NCBI GenBank assembly: GCA_934169775.1
Contig: CAKPOI010000002.1
Span: forward strand, 12,956 to 76,955
Direction: 5' to 3'
Length of the DNA: 64,000 bases
Source of the DNA: an uncultured Clostridia bacterium
GTDB taxonomy: Bacteria; Bacillota; Clostridia; TANB77; CAG-508
A program made the position numbers and the translations under genes. This document shows positions 1-8,878 of the stretch, one piece after another. Each line of letters begins with the position of its first letter. Positions within the stretch are counted from its first letter, which is position 1. The notes below the pieces were generated by a model, which was given only the letters and a program-made list of their open reading frames with translations, did no database searches and was not told the DNA's origin.

Positions 1-276
1 AAAAATGTTGTTGCAAATGGTTTTGCTGATAGATGTGAATTGCAAGTTTCTTATGCTATAGGAATGAAACAACCTTTATCTGTTTTTATTGATACTTTTG
101 GTACTAATAAGATTTCTGAAGATGAAATATTAAATAAAATTAAAAATAAATTTGATTTAACACCTTTAGGTATCATAAGTTACTTAGATTTAAGAACTCC
201 TATTTACAAATCTACTACTAATTATGGGCACTTTGGTAAAGACTTTTTAAGTTGGGAAAAAATCATTAAATTGTAG
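1..276 (+). CDS. metK: S-adenosylmethionine synthetase, C-terminal fragment (5' end outside window)
   Basis: Frame 1 is open from the window edge. The translation [35 protein letters not shown]...TNYGHFGK matches the MetK C-terminal domain. Stop TAG at 274-276. Confidence 0.9.
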   Translation, partial: KNVVANGFADRCELQVSYAIGMKQPLSVFIDTFGTNKISEDEILNKIKNKFDLTPLGIISYLDLRTPIYKSTTNYGHFGKDFLSWEKIIKL

Positions 277-335
277 AATTTGTTACAAATATTACATTTT
301 TATTACAAAAATATTACTTTTTTGTTACAAAAGTG

Positions 336-364
336 TTGACAACTCTATTTTTTTGTCGTAAAAT
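336..364 (+). promoter_or_regulatory. Sigma-A-like promoter (TTGACA-17 nt-TAAAAT) preceded by three direct TTGTTACAAA-type repeats
   Basis: TTGACA at 336-341, 17-nt spacer, TAAAAT at 359-364. About 60 nt upstream of the 427 ORF. Confidence 0.35.
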
Positions 365-426
365 TGAATTATAGATAGTTTTACTTAAGATTTTTTAATT
401 TACGCAAGATTAAGGAGTTGATTATT

Positions 427-582
427 ATGAACGAAAATCCAAAAAATGATTGTTTAGCTTTAGCTATTAGAAAAGAACATAGATTAATTGTTATTAATAA
501 AGTGAAAGAAACTACTATTAGAATGTCTATTAAAACTTTATTATATGCTTTATTTTTAACTGTTGTAAATATAGTTATTTAA
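427..582 (+). CDS. Small hypothetical protein (51 aa) with hydrophobic C-terminal helix
   Basis: ATG at 427 preceded by AAGGAG (412-417). Translation MNENPKNDCLALAIRKEHRLIVINKVKETTIRMSIKTLLYALFLTVVNIVI. Followed by a terminator hairpin. Below the ORF-track size cutoff. Confidence 0.4.
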   Translation: MNENPKNDCLALAIRKEHRLIVINKVKETTIRMSIKTLLYALFLTVVNIVI

Positions 583-621
583 TACATATTATTTTGAATT
601 ATAGCCTGACTCAACAGGAAC

Positions 622-651
622 AGAGAAGATTAGTTACAATCTTCTCTTTTT
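622..651 (+). terminator. Rho-independent terminator
   Basis: AGAGAAGATT / AATCTTCTCT 10-bp stem, 6-nt loop, followed by a T-run. Confidence 0.6.
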
Positions 652-830
652 ATATTATAGGAGAGTTCTCCGAACTTCCTATAATATAAAAATAACAATG
701 CACAGAAATTTGCAAGGCAAATTTCGCGCGCGAACAAAGACGCGGACTTTAAAATGTTTGAATAAGCGTCAATGTTATTAATGTCCGCTTTTGTTCTATT
801 ATAGGGAGTCCGGTGAACTTTACTATAATA
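651..830. repeat. Composite intergenic repeat block: TATTATAGG hairpins plus a family-B element (732-804)
   Basis: Hairpin TATATTATAGG...CCTATAATATA at 651-688. GAACAAAGACGCGGAC...GTCCGCTTTTGTTC at 732-796. Hairpin TATTATAG...CTATAATA at 797-830. Near-identical to 44904-44969. Confidence 0.6.
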
Positions 831-834
831 GAGC

Positions 835-862
835 AAAAGCAGACTTTAAAAGTCTGCTTTTT
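835..862. terminator. Bidirectional rho-independent terminator (downstream of the giant minus-strand gene)
   Basis: AAAAGCAGACTTTAAAAGTCTGCTTTTT is a perfect stem flanked by A-run and T-run, 20 nt past the stop at 882. Confidence 0.65.
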
Positions 863-881
863 GTGTTGATTATACAAAATT

Positions 882-3800
882 TTATTTTTCAGTATATTCA
901 ATCTCAATTTTAGCATCTGCTGCAAAAGAAGTTAAATCAACATAAGTTTTGCCAGCAGAAGTAATAATATGAGAATTAATATCTGTAATAGCTGAACCAT
1001 TTACTTTAATAATAATATTAGAACCTGATTTTATATTTTCTAGTTCAACTTTTCCATTTGTAGAAAGAACCTGTTTGCTTGTTTCACCTGTAATTTCTGA
1101 CTCTACTTTTTTGAATGCGCCTATTATACTTTCATATCCATCTGTAGCTTTAATGTAATTTTTAGTTGAAGAAGGTATTATTTCTGTCATTATTTTTGTA
1201 TTACCTGTGGTCTCATTTTTGCCTAATATAGCAATAGTGTATATTGTTGGCTTACATGTGCTTCCCTTTAGTAAATTAGCTTTTGATGTAACATTACTTA
1301 CCTTTTCTCCTCCAGTTTTTAATAAATCATCACCATAAATTGGTTTTCCATTTCTATCATAAGTAACATTTACATTAAATGCTCCATCACTTAAAACTAT
1401 TACTATGTTTTTATTAGAAGGCTTATTTTTAGCCATTGTTTCTATCATTGTTTTAGCTTTAACTAAACCATCACCTATACGTGTTCCACCATTTGCAGTT
1501 AAACTATCTACTTTACCTTTTAGTGTTGTTGCTTTTGTCTTATTTGTAGCTGTACCTATTTGTTTTGCATTATCTTGATTTTGATTTTTTCCTCCACTAC
1601 TAAATGTTATTATGCCTACCTGACCACCAGATTCAAAGTCTACTCCATCTATTAAGTTTTTGGCTGCTGTTTTAGCATTTGTTAAACGTCCGTTTTCTTT
1701 CATACTTCCAGATACATCTATTACTAAAACTATATTACTATTAGTTGTTTTTATTGTTTCTGAGTTTTTAATTAATTTTACTTGTTTTTCAATTTGATAC
1801 TCTTTTGGGTCTTTTACTGTTTTTTCTTCATTTTCTGTTGTTTTATATGTTGCCGAATTTGCTATTTTTTTCCCTGGTTTTCCTGTTACTTTTACAGTAA
1901 ATTCAACTGTTTTACTATTTCCCGCTGAAATTTCTAATGTTTTAGCTAATCCATTATTTGATTTTAATTCATTTAGTTCTGCTGATGTTAAATTTGTTCC
2001 TGTAGTAAGTAGTGTTGTATTTTCTGGTACTTTGTCTTTTACAACTGTAGTACCATTTGCATTTCCAATATTTGTTACAGTTATAACATATTTGATTGTA
2101 TCGCCATATTCTGCAACTTCTTTATGAGTATTTCCAGTTGCTTTTGTTATTTTACTTGTTTTTGTAACAGTAAATTCGACTTTTGCTTTTGCTGTAACTT
2201 TAGCATTATCTTCTACTTTTAAAGTTTTATCATTATTATTGCTATCTGTATAATGTGCTTCAGCTGTAGCAATATTTATAATTTCTTTTCCTCCAACTTT
2301 TGTATCTCCTGAGGTAATTTTATAATATACTGTAAATTCTGCTGTTGCTGTTTCTGTACCTGCTTCTCCTAGTGTACTTATGGTTCCAACAGTATTTGTA
2401 ATATTTGTTATACCATCATTTGTAAAACTTATTTTTCTATTATCTGTAACCTGTACATTTGTTAATGGGATATTTGATGTGTTTGTAACTATTATTTTAT
2501 ATCCTACTACATCTCCTTCTTTGACTTCTGGAATTGCTCCTGAGGCAACTGGATTTCCATTTACACTTATTACTGTTTTTGTTATATTAATTGATGGCAA
2601 TGTATTTACTATTTCTAATCCATTATATGTTACTATATATCCATCAGGAATATTTGCTTCTTCTATTGAGTATGTTATTTCGTCTGCATTTTCATCATAT
2701 ACAGGTACTTCTACTGTTTTCTTAAATTTATTTTCTTCGTTTAATGTTTGATTTGGAACATTAGTTTCTACTATTTCTTCTCCTACTTTTCCTATTATTT
2801 TTGCTTCTATATCTTGATGATTTTCTTTATTATCATTCCATTTTTTGCTGATTTCTATATTTTTAGTATCTGTTGGTTTTACAAATTTGTTTGTTATTTC
2901 TGCTGTATATCCATTTTCTTTTGTCGGTTGTATTGTTTTATTTTTATCTTGTTCATAGAATTTCCAATTTTTATCTGTAGAGCCTATTTCTTCTACAGTG
3001 TAAGTTATTTCGTCTCCATTTTCGTCATATTTTAATAAGTTTGTTATTTCTGTTTCCCATGTGTCTGTTGTTAATACTATGTCTATTAATTTTTCGCCAT
3101 TTTTATTTAATTGTAATGTTATTCTTGTAGGTCTTTTTGCTGCTTTATTTTTATTGTCATCCCAGTGTTTTTTTACTTTTAATACTATTGTTTCTTGTGA
3201 ACCTATAAATTTGTTGGTTATTGTTAATGGTGTATTTTCATCATATATTACCTGATAGAATTTTGGTACTGTTGTTTCTCTTGCTGAATATTTAATTTCT
3301 TGACCATTATCATCATATTTTTGCACTTCTATTTCTTTAGTCCACTTATTTTTAATGTCTCCAATTATTGCTGGTTTTTTTATTATTACATTTTTAGATA
3401 TTGCACTTTTTCCATCTGTTCTGGTTCCTTTTATTTTAAATTCTACATCTTGACGATTTTTTTCTTGTGCTTGTGTGTCATCCCAAATTTTTGTTGCTAC
3501 TAGTTTTGTTTTGTTATTATTTGGTAATTCAAATTTGTTTGTTACATCAATTGTTATGTTTCCATCATCTTTTCTAACAGGCTCGTTTTTATATGATTTA
3601 TAAAATTCTGTATTTTCTAATTCTTTAATGTCATAATTTATTAAATCTCCATTTTCGTCATATTTTTTCAATCCTGTGAATTCTATTTTTTGTATATTTC
3701 CTTCTCTTTCGGAATCCACTATTTGAACTGCATCTTTTACTTCTTTTTTGTTCGCTATTAATTGGAATGTAAGTTTTTCTGGTCTTCTTTGTGATTGAAT

Positions 3801-6800
3801 TTGATTATCTTCCCAATTCTTGTTTATTGTTAAATTTATTTTTGTTTCTGGTACTTCAAATTTGTTTGTTATTATTAAATCTTGTGGATTTGTGTCTATA
3901 TTTTTATAGAATCCTGAATTTGTTTGTGGCTCTGTAGCAAAATAGTTTATTAGCTCTCCATCATCATTATATTTTTCTACTTTGATTGTTTTTTTCCATT
4001 CTTCTGCTTTTGAATCTCCAGTTATTGTTTGATTTGGTACTGTAGCTCTTGGGCTTGGTGTTCCTGATATTTCAAATACCACATTTTCTGGCCTTTTTCC
4101 TGCTTTATTTTTATTATCTTCCCATTTTTTTATCAATGTTATTTCTGTTTCTTTTTCATCTTCTGGAATTTCAAATGTATTTTCAAAATTGAATTCTATA
4201 ATGTTTCCATCTACATTTTCTGATGATTCTGTTGTATAGAATTTTAGTCCTGTTCTTTTTTCTGTTACTATATATTTTATTTCATCTGCATTTTCATCAT
4301 ATTTTGGTAAATCATTAATTGTTGTAGTTGCATTATCTTCATTTCCTAATATTACATCTTGATTAAAGTTTTTACCATCACTTATTGTAAATGTAATTTC
4401 ATCTGGTCTATGTGATTTTTGTTTTTCATTATCATTCCATTTTTTATTGATTTTTATTGAGACTTTTTCTGATGAACCAACAAATTTATTTATTACAGTC
4501 AAATCATTTTCTGTTTTTTCGTAAAATCTTGGTACATCTTCTTCTGTAGCTGTATATTTTATTTCTTGACCATCTTGATTGTATTTTGGCAATTTTAAAA
4601 CTTTTGTCCATGTGTTTTCATCATCTGTTTTTGAATTTTCTGTTGATAATTCCGCTTCTGCAACAGTGTTTTCTCCTGTTACTTTTAATTTTACTTTTTC
4701 TGAACGTTTTTGTGCTTTGTTGTCATCATCTTCCCATATTTTTGTAACTGTTATTTGTGTTTCATTATCTTCTGGGATTGTAAATTTGTTTTCTATTTCT
4801 ACTTTTTCGTTTCCTTGTTCATCTGCTTCTTGACTAGTTATATTTGATTTATAAAATTCATTAAGTCCTGTTTCTTCTATTCCATATTTTAATGGATTTC
4901 CTTTTGCATCATATTTGTTTAAGTTTTCAAAAACTATTTCTTGAGATTTATCTGATATGTCTGCTGACCTTACTTCTTTTTCTGTTTCTGTTATTTCTCC
5001 ATTTTTAGTTAATATAAATTTGATTTTTTCTGGTCTTTTCTGTGCTTGTATTAAATTATCTAACCATGTTTTATTTACTGTTAATGATATTTTTTCTTTT
5101 TCTGCTTCGTTTGTAACTTCATTTGTTTCTTTATCATCTATTATTGCTATATTTTTTACTTCTACTTTTTCTTTTTCTAATGGTTTTACTTTGACCGTAA
5201 AACTTAATGTTGCCGTATTTTCTCCAGCTGGTACAGTTACAGTTATGCCTTTTTCTAAATCTGTTTGTGTGTATTCTGTTTCTTTATCATTAATTTTTAT
5301 TGATTTTTCTACTAATGTTGTATATTCAGATATTTTGTCTTTTACTATTGCCTCTCCTGGCTTGTTTCCTGAATTTGATAATTTTATTGTATATGTTATA
5401 ATTTCTTTTTCTTTTACTTTATCTTCAGGTGTGTTTGTTTTTATACCTGTAATATTTACTGTATCTGTAATATCTGGATTTGTTGGTTTTTCTTCGTCAT
5501 TACCTATAAGAGCTATGTTTTTAATTTCTCCTTGTATTTTATTTATTTTAATTGTAAATATTACTTTTGCCTCTCCATGTGCTGATACTTCTATCTCTTT
5601 TATTCCATTTATTAAATCTTCAGCATTCTTATCTTTTGAAACTATTTCTTCATCTTTTAATATAGATACATCTCCCACCATTTCAGCTTTTCCATCTGCT
5701 AATATTTCTTTTAAATCTATATCTTTTACTGTAGTTTTTCCATCTATATCTCCTGTATTTTTTACTGTTATTGTGTATGTAATCCTATCATTTATTTTTG
5801 CTGGCTCTTGTATTGTTTTCCAGTTTTCATTAAATTCTCTAGATACAATACTTGTTTTTTCTTGTTCTATAATTGCTGTTTTTACTTCTTCTGATGGTGT
5901 TCCATTTGCTATTGCCATATTTAAAATTGTCCCTGTTATATTTTCATTTACTTTTACAGTAAATTGTATACCTACTGTTTCTTCTGATTTTATATCTATA
6001 TACCATTTTAATCCTATAACTTTATTATTTTCTTTTATTTTCAATGAATTGTCTTGTGTTTCTACATAAGTTGTATTTTCTGGTATATTGTCAGCAATCT
6101 CTATATTTTTGTAATCTTCTTTTCCGTTATTTTTTACTTGTAAATTATATGTTATTTCTTCTCCTGTCCTTACTAGATTTGTTCCTGTTTTGCTTATTGC
6201 TGTTTTGTTTATTTCTATATCTCTGTTATTTTCTCCTGTTATTCTTGCTGAGGCATTTTCTGCTTCTATATTTATTGGTGTCCATCTTACCACTCTGTCA
6301 TCTGTTACTTGTACAAGTTCTCCTTCTGTTACTCTCCTTATTGTTGAGCCTTCTATATTGTCAGTTCCTTGTGAATTGTTGTTTCCTTGATTATTGCTGT
6401 TTTGATTTCCTGTTTGTTGTCCTTGCATATTGTTTTGTTGTGAATTTCCTTGTGTTGTATTTCTTTGTGCATTATTTGTTTGTGTATTGTTTGCATAATT
6501 TGTTCCTGATGTACTATTACTATTAGTTGATAAATTTGCGTTATTGTTTGTTTGTAAATTTGCATTTTGTTGATTGGCATTTTGTTGTGTTCCTGAATTG
6601 TTTTCATTATTTGCTATTCCATCTGTTGTTAATATTTGATTATTTTCTCCATTTTGTTCTTGTTTTTCTTCTTTTACTCCATTTTCTTGTACATTTATTG
6701 TTTCAGTTCCTGAACCATTTACTCCATTTTCTGATGCTATTTCTGTTGCTTCTGATGTTCCCTTATCTTTTAAGAACACAACTGTACCAGTTATAGCAAT

Positions 6801-6863
6801 TGCTGTTAATATAGTTACAGCTGCTATTGCTATTATGCTCTTCATGTTCAGTTTTCCTGACAT
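882..6863 (-). CDS. Giant surface adhesin (1993 aa): N-terminal TM anchor, N/Q-rich spacer, DUF11-like repeats, 8 CnaB-type repeats, C-terminal vWA domain
   Basis: N-terminus MSGKLNMKSIIAIAAVTILTAIAITGTVVF. Eight repeats of the form K(K/T)W(E/N/D)DN.N...KRP..(V/I).F...KYD..G..I.Y. MIDAS-like DVSGSM at nt 1701-1718. RBS GGGGGAA upstream of the ATG. Confidence 0.9.
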   Translation of the reverse strand: MSGKLNMKSIIAIAAVTILTAIAITGTVVFLKDKGTSEATEIASENGVNGSGTETINVQENGVKEEKQEQNGENNQILTTDGIANNENNSGTQQNANQQNANLQTNNNANLSTNSNSTSGTNYANNTQTNNAQRNTTQGNSQQNNMQGQQTGNQNSNNQGNNNSQGTDNIEGSTIRRVTEGELVQVTDDRVVRWTPINIEAENASARITGENNRDIEINKTAISKTGTNLVRTGEEITYNLQVKNNGKEDYKNIEIADNIPENTTYVETQDNSLKIKENNKVIGLKWYIDIKSEETVGIQFTVKVNENITGTILNMAIANGTPSEEVKTAIIEQEKTSIVSREFNENWKTIQEPAKINDRITYTITVKNTGDIDGKTTVKDIDLKEILADGKAEMVGDVSILKDEEIVSKDKNAEDLINGIKEIEVSAHGEAKVIFTIKINKIQGEIKNIALIGNDEEKPTNPDITDTVNITGIKTNTPEDKVKEKEIITYTIKLSNSGNKPGEAIVKDKISEYTTLVEKSIKINDKETEYTQTDLEKGITVTVPAGENTATLSFTVKVKPLEKEKVEVKNIAIIDDKETNEVTNEAEKEKISLTVNKTWLDNLIQAQKRPEKIKFILTKNGEITETEKEVRSADISDKSQEIVFENLNKYDAKGNPLKYGIEETGLNEFYKSNITSQEADEQGNEKVEIENKFTIPEDNETQITVTKIWEDDDNKAQKRSEKVKLKVTGENTVAEAELSTENSKTDDENTWTKVLKLPKYNQDGQEIKYTATEEDVPRFYEKTENDLTVINKFVGSSEKVSIKINKKWNDNEKQKSHRPDEITFTISDGKNFNQDVILGNEDNATTTINDLPKYDENADEIKYIVTEKRTGLKFYTTESSENVDGNIIEFNFENTFEIPEDEKETEITLIKKWEDNKNKAGKRPENVVFEISGTPSPRATVPNQTITGDSKAEEWKKTIKVEKYNDDGELINYFATEPQTNSGFYKNIDTNPQDLIITNKFEVPETKINLTINKNWEDNQIQSQRRPEKLTFQLIANKKEVKDAVQIVDSEREGNIQKIEFTGLKKYDENGDLINYDIKELENTEFYKSYKNEPVRKDDGNITIDVTNKFELPNNNKTKLVATKIWDDTQAQEKNRQDVEFKIKGTRTDGKSAISKNVIIKKPAIIGDIKNKWTKEIEVQKYDDNGQEIKYSARETTVPKFYQVIYDENTPLTITNKFIGSQETIVLKVKKHWDDNKNKAAKRPTRITLQLNKNGEKLIDIVLTTDTWETEITNLLKYDENGDEITYTVEEIGSTDKNWKFYEQDKNKTIQPTKENGYTAEITNKFVKPTDTKNIEISKKWNDNKENHQDIEAKIIGKVGEEIVETNVPNQTLNEENKFKKTVEVPVYDENADEITYSIEEANIPDGYIVTYNGLEIVNTLPSINITKTVISVNGNPVASGAIPEVKEGDVVGYKIIVTNTSNIPLTNVQVTDNRKISFTNDGITNITNTVGTISTLGEAGTETATAEFTVYYKITSGDTKVGGKEIINIATAEAHYTDSNNNDKTLKVEDNAKVTAKAKVEFTVTKTSKITKATGNTHKEVAEYGDTIKYVITVTNIGNANGTTVVKDKVPENTTLLTTGTNLTSAELNELKSNNGLAKTLEISAGNSKTVEFTVKVTGKPGKKIANSATYKTTENEEKTVKDPKEYQIEKQVKLIKNSETIKTTNSNIVLVIDVSGSMKENGRLTNAKTAAKNLIDGVDFESGGQVGIITFSSGGKNQNQDNAKQIGTATNKTKATTLKGKVDSLTANGGTRIGDGLVKAKTMIETMAKNKPSNKNIVIVLSDGAFNVNVTYDRNGKPIYGDDLLKTGGEKVSNVTSKANLLKGSTCKPTIYTIAILGKNETTGNTKIMTEIIPSSTKNYIKATDGYESIIGAFKKVESEITGETSKQVLSTNGKVELENIKSGSNIIIKVNGSAITDINSHIITSAGKTYVDLTSFAADAKIEIEYTEK

Positions 6864-6908
6864 CTATTGTTCCCCCTATCTTTTTTTATTAACCTTTGCA
6901 GTTTCTTT

Positions 6909-7643
6909 TTATTTTATTTCTCGTGCTTTTAATATAAGTCTTTCCTTGTTTCCATTTGTACATGTTATTAAAGTAATCTCTCTTATTGAGTCATCTTCTG
7001 TTTTTAATATGCTCACATCATTTGGATTTGTTATAAATTTATTGTAAATCTGATAATTTATTGTTTGTTTTTTCAAATCCGTTAATTCTATATTATCCCC
7101 TATTTCTAACTTTTTTGTCTTGCCAAACATTGTTCCATCATAATTGTTATGCCCAGCTATTGACAAATTTCCAAAATCATTTACATTTTGTCCCCAGTAT
7201 TTCACTATTGATACTTTCATAGGTTCTTTCATTTTTTCTGGAGATATCTTTTCAGTTCCTTCTTCTTTTGTATCTATTTGATTTACATCTATTATTGGAT
7301 ATTCCATTTTTATTTTTGGAATATTTATTATTCCAATAACATCATATCCATCTATTTTGATTTTTGTATTTTCTTGTTCTTGTGTTTGGGTAATATTTCC
7401 TTCTGTTTCATTTGCTTCTTCTGGAGTTATTTTTGAAAATGTTTCTATTACTCCTTTATTTTTTATTTCATTTAATTGCCTTCCTCCATACTTATACACT
7501 ATGCAACATAATAAAATAATTGCTATAATATGTAATATTACAAACACTATTCTATAACTCTTTTGTTTTTTTACTCTTGCATCTTCTTGTTTCATTATTT
7601 TATATATGTTGTGTTTTATTATTTCATATATATTTTCTTTCAT
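6909..7643 (-). CDS. Sortase family transpeptidase
   Basis: N-terminal TM segment, LSIAGHNNY (catalytic His), TLITCT (catalytic Cys) and a downstream Arg (ERLILKA). The ATGA overlap couples it to the upstream gene. Confidence 0.85.
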   Translation of the reverse strand: MKENIYEIIKHNIYKIMKQEDARVKKQKSYRIVFVILHIIAIILLCCIVYKYGGRQLNEIKNKGVIETFSKITPEEANETEGNITQTQEQENTKIKIDGYDVIGIINIPKIKMEYPIIDVNQIDTKEEGTEKISPEKMKEPMKVSIVKYWGQNVNDFGNLSIAGHNNYDGTMFGKTKKLEIGDNIELTDLKKQTINYQIYNKFITNPNDVSILKTEDDSIREITLITCTNGNKERLILKAREIK

Positions 7644-8620
7644 CTGTCCGCTTCATTTTTTGCTTTCCTCATTTTAATAAATACAAAAATCATCATTAAT
7701 ATTATAATTCCTAATGCTACTATTAATAGTATACTGTCACTTGTTATAGGTAATTTTGTTGTTTCTTCTATTATTTTTTGTTCTCTTTCATATGTTGGTG
7801 TTTCTGTTTCTTTGGATATTAAAAATTTTGAATCTAATGTTATTTGATTTCCTTCTACTTTTTTGATAAAAACTACATATTTTGAATCATTTTTTGCTTC
7901 TTTTGGTTGCTTTATTTGCATTTCTTCGACTGAATTCCAATTTGCTTTTGATATTAAATTACTATATTTATTATAAAATTCTTTTGCTACATTTATTTTT
8001 TCATACATATCCATTTGACTGTATTCGTTTTTAATTTTTTCTGCTAGTTCCATTAATGTTTCATATTCATCTGTTGCTGGCATTATTTGATAAAAGTATC
8101 GTGCATTTTGATTGTCTTTTATTTTTATTCCACCAACTTTAACCGTGATTTTTACTCCATTTTCATCTGTTCTTTCTTCTTGTACTAAATCAGAAATTAT
8201 TTCAGTTTTTATTCTTTTGCCCGTGTTTTCCACTTCTTCTATTTTGCTTTTTTCAAAACTTTGACTAAAATCAATCTCCTTTCCAGTAATAATTTCTCTT
8301 TCTCCCTGTTTTATCCATAAATATGCTTTTTCATTTTGCTTTACATTATATACATTTTTGTCAATAACAATTACACTATTTTGTTCATCATCTTTTGATG
8401 AATGTATATATTTTAGCTCCATTTCCTTTGCTGTTGGTGTGTTTGCTATTGCATAGTTAAATTCTTCTTTTTGTAAGTCTTTTACATATATTATGTATTT
8501 TTCCTCCTCTGTTTGTATTATTTGCATTTGTTCTTCTTTAGTGTCTGTTGCTAGAACAGCTATTGGCGTAAATATTAGAAATATTACTATTGCTGCCATG
8601 CCAATGATTTTTTTGCTCAT
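7640..8620 (-). CDS. Secreted protein with C-terminal cell-wall sorting-like signal (LPITS + TM + KMRKAK tail)
   Basis: Signal peptide MSKKIIGMAAIVIFLIFTPIAVLATD. The C-terminus is LPITSDSILLIVALGIIILMMIFVFIKMRKAKNEADR, with LPITS at nt 7739-7753. Confidence 0.6.
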   Translation of the reverse strand: MSKKIIGMAAIVIFLIFTPIAVLATDTKEEQMQIIQTEEEKYIIYVKDLQKEEFNYAIANTPTAKEMELKYIHSSKDDEQNSVIVIDKNVYNVKQNEKAYLWIKQGEREIITGKEIDFSQSFEKSKIEEVENTGKRIKTEIISDLVQEERTDENGVKITVKVGGIKIKDNQNARYFYQIMPATDEYETLMELAEKIKNEYSQMDMYEKINVAKEFYNKYSNLISKANWNSVEEMQIKQPKEAKNDSKYVVFIKKVEGNQITLDSKFLISKETETPTYEREQKIIEETTKLPITSDSILLIVALGIIILMMIFVFIKMRKAKNEADR

Positions 8621-8655
8621 AATAATTCCCCCTTCTATTTACAATTTATGGAAGT

Positions 8656-8684
8656 ATTATAATATAATTTCCATTTTTTGTAAA
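8656..8684 (-). promoter_or_regulatory. Candidate sigma-A promoter (TTTACA-17 nt-TATAAT) for the substrate-sortase-adhesin operon
   Basis: On the minus strand, TTTACA at 8684-8679, 17-nt spacer, TATAAT at 8661-8656. About 35 nt upstream of the ATG at 8620. Confidence 0.35.
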
Positions 8685-8713
8685 TAGTTTTTTGAATTTT
8701 CAAGATTAATTTT

Positions 8714-8812
8714 GGAGACGAAGGTTGATGTTTTTGGGGACGGAGCAAAAAAACACTACCGAAGGCAGATGTTTTTCTTGCTCCGTCCCCAAAAACATCA
8801 ACCTTCGTCTCC
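8714..8812. repeat. Family-A REP-like elements, inverted pair forming a ~35-bp-stem palindrome
   Basis: GGAGACGAAGGTTGATGTTTTTGGGGACGGAGCAA...TTGCTCCGTCCCCAAAAACATCAACCTTCGTCTCC. Lies between the pyk stop and the downstream operon promoter. Confidence 0.8.
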
Positions 8813-8878
8813 AAAAACAACAGCTTAAAAAAGTCCTAAGTTTAATTACTTAGGACTTTCCTGTTATTATGTAAAAAA

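Noticed and set aside
630-836. 68-aa minus-strand ORF in the first intergenic region.
   Set aside because: It spans terminators and repeat hairpins (families B/C) and has no RBS.
6300-6620. N/Q-rich region of the giant adhesin as a DNA tandem repeat or contingency locus.
   Set aside because: The nucleotide sequence is compositionally biased (AAT/CAA-rich) but not a regular repeat unit. I could not define a period.
2380-6796. Many plus-strand ORFs (60-370 aa) antisense to the giant adhesin gene, plus similar L/F/I-rich ORFs antisense to most other genes in the track.
   Set aside because: Their translations are low-complexity Leu/Phe/Ile strings that arise from reading the T-rich complement of A-rich coding strands. 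They lack RBSs and sit wholly inside well-supported genes on the other strand.
8635-8820. 61-aa ORF between pyk and the sortase operon.
   Set aside because: It runs through the inverted pair of family-A repeats. The peptide (VDVFGDGARK...) is just the repeat translated.
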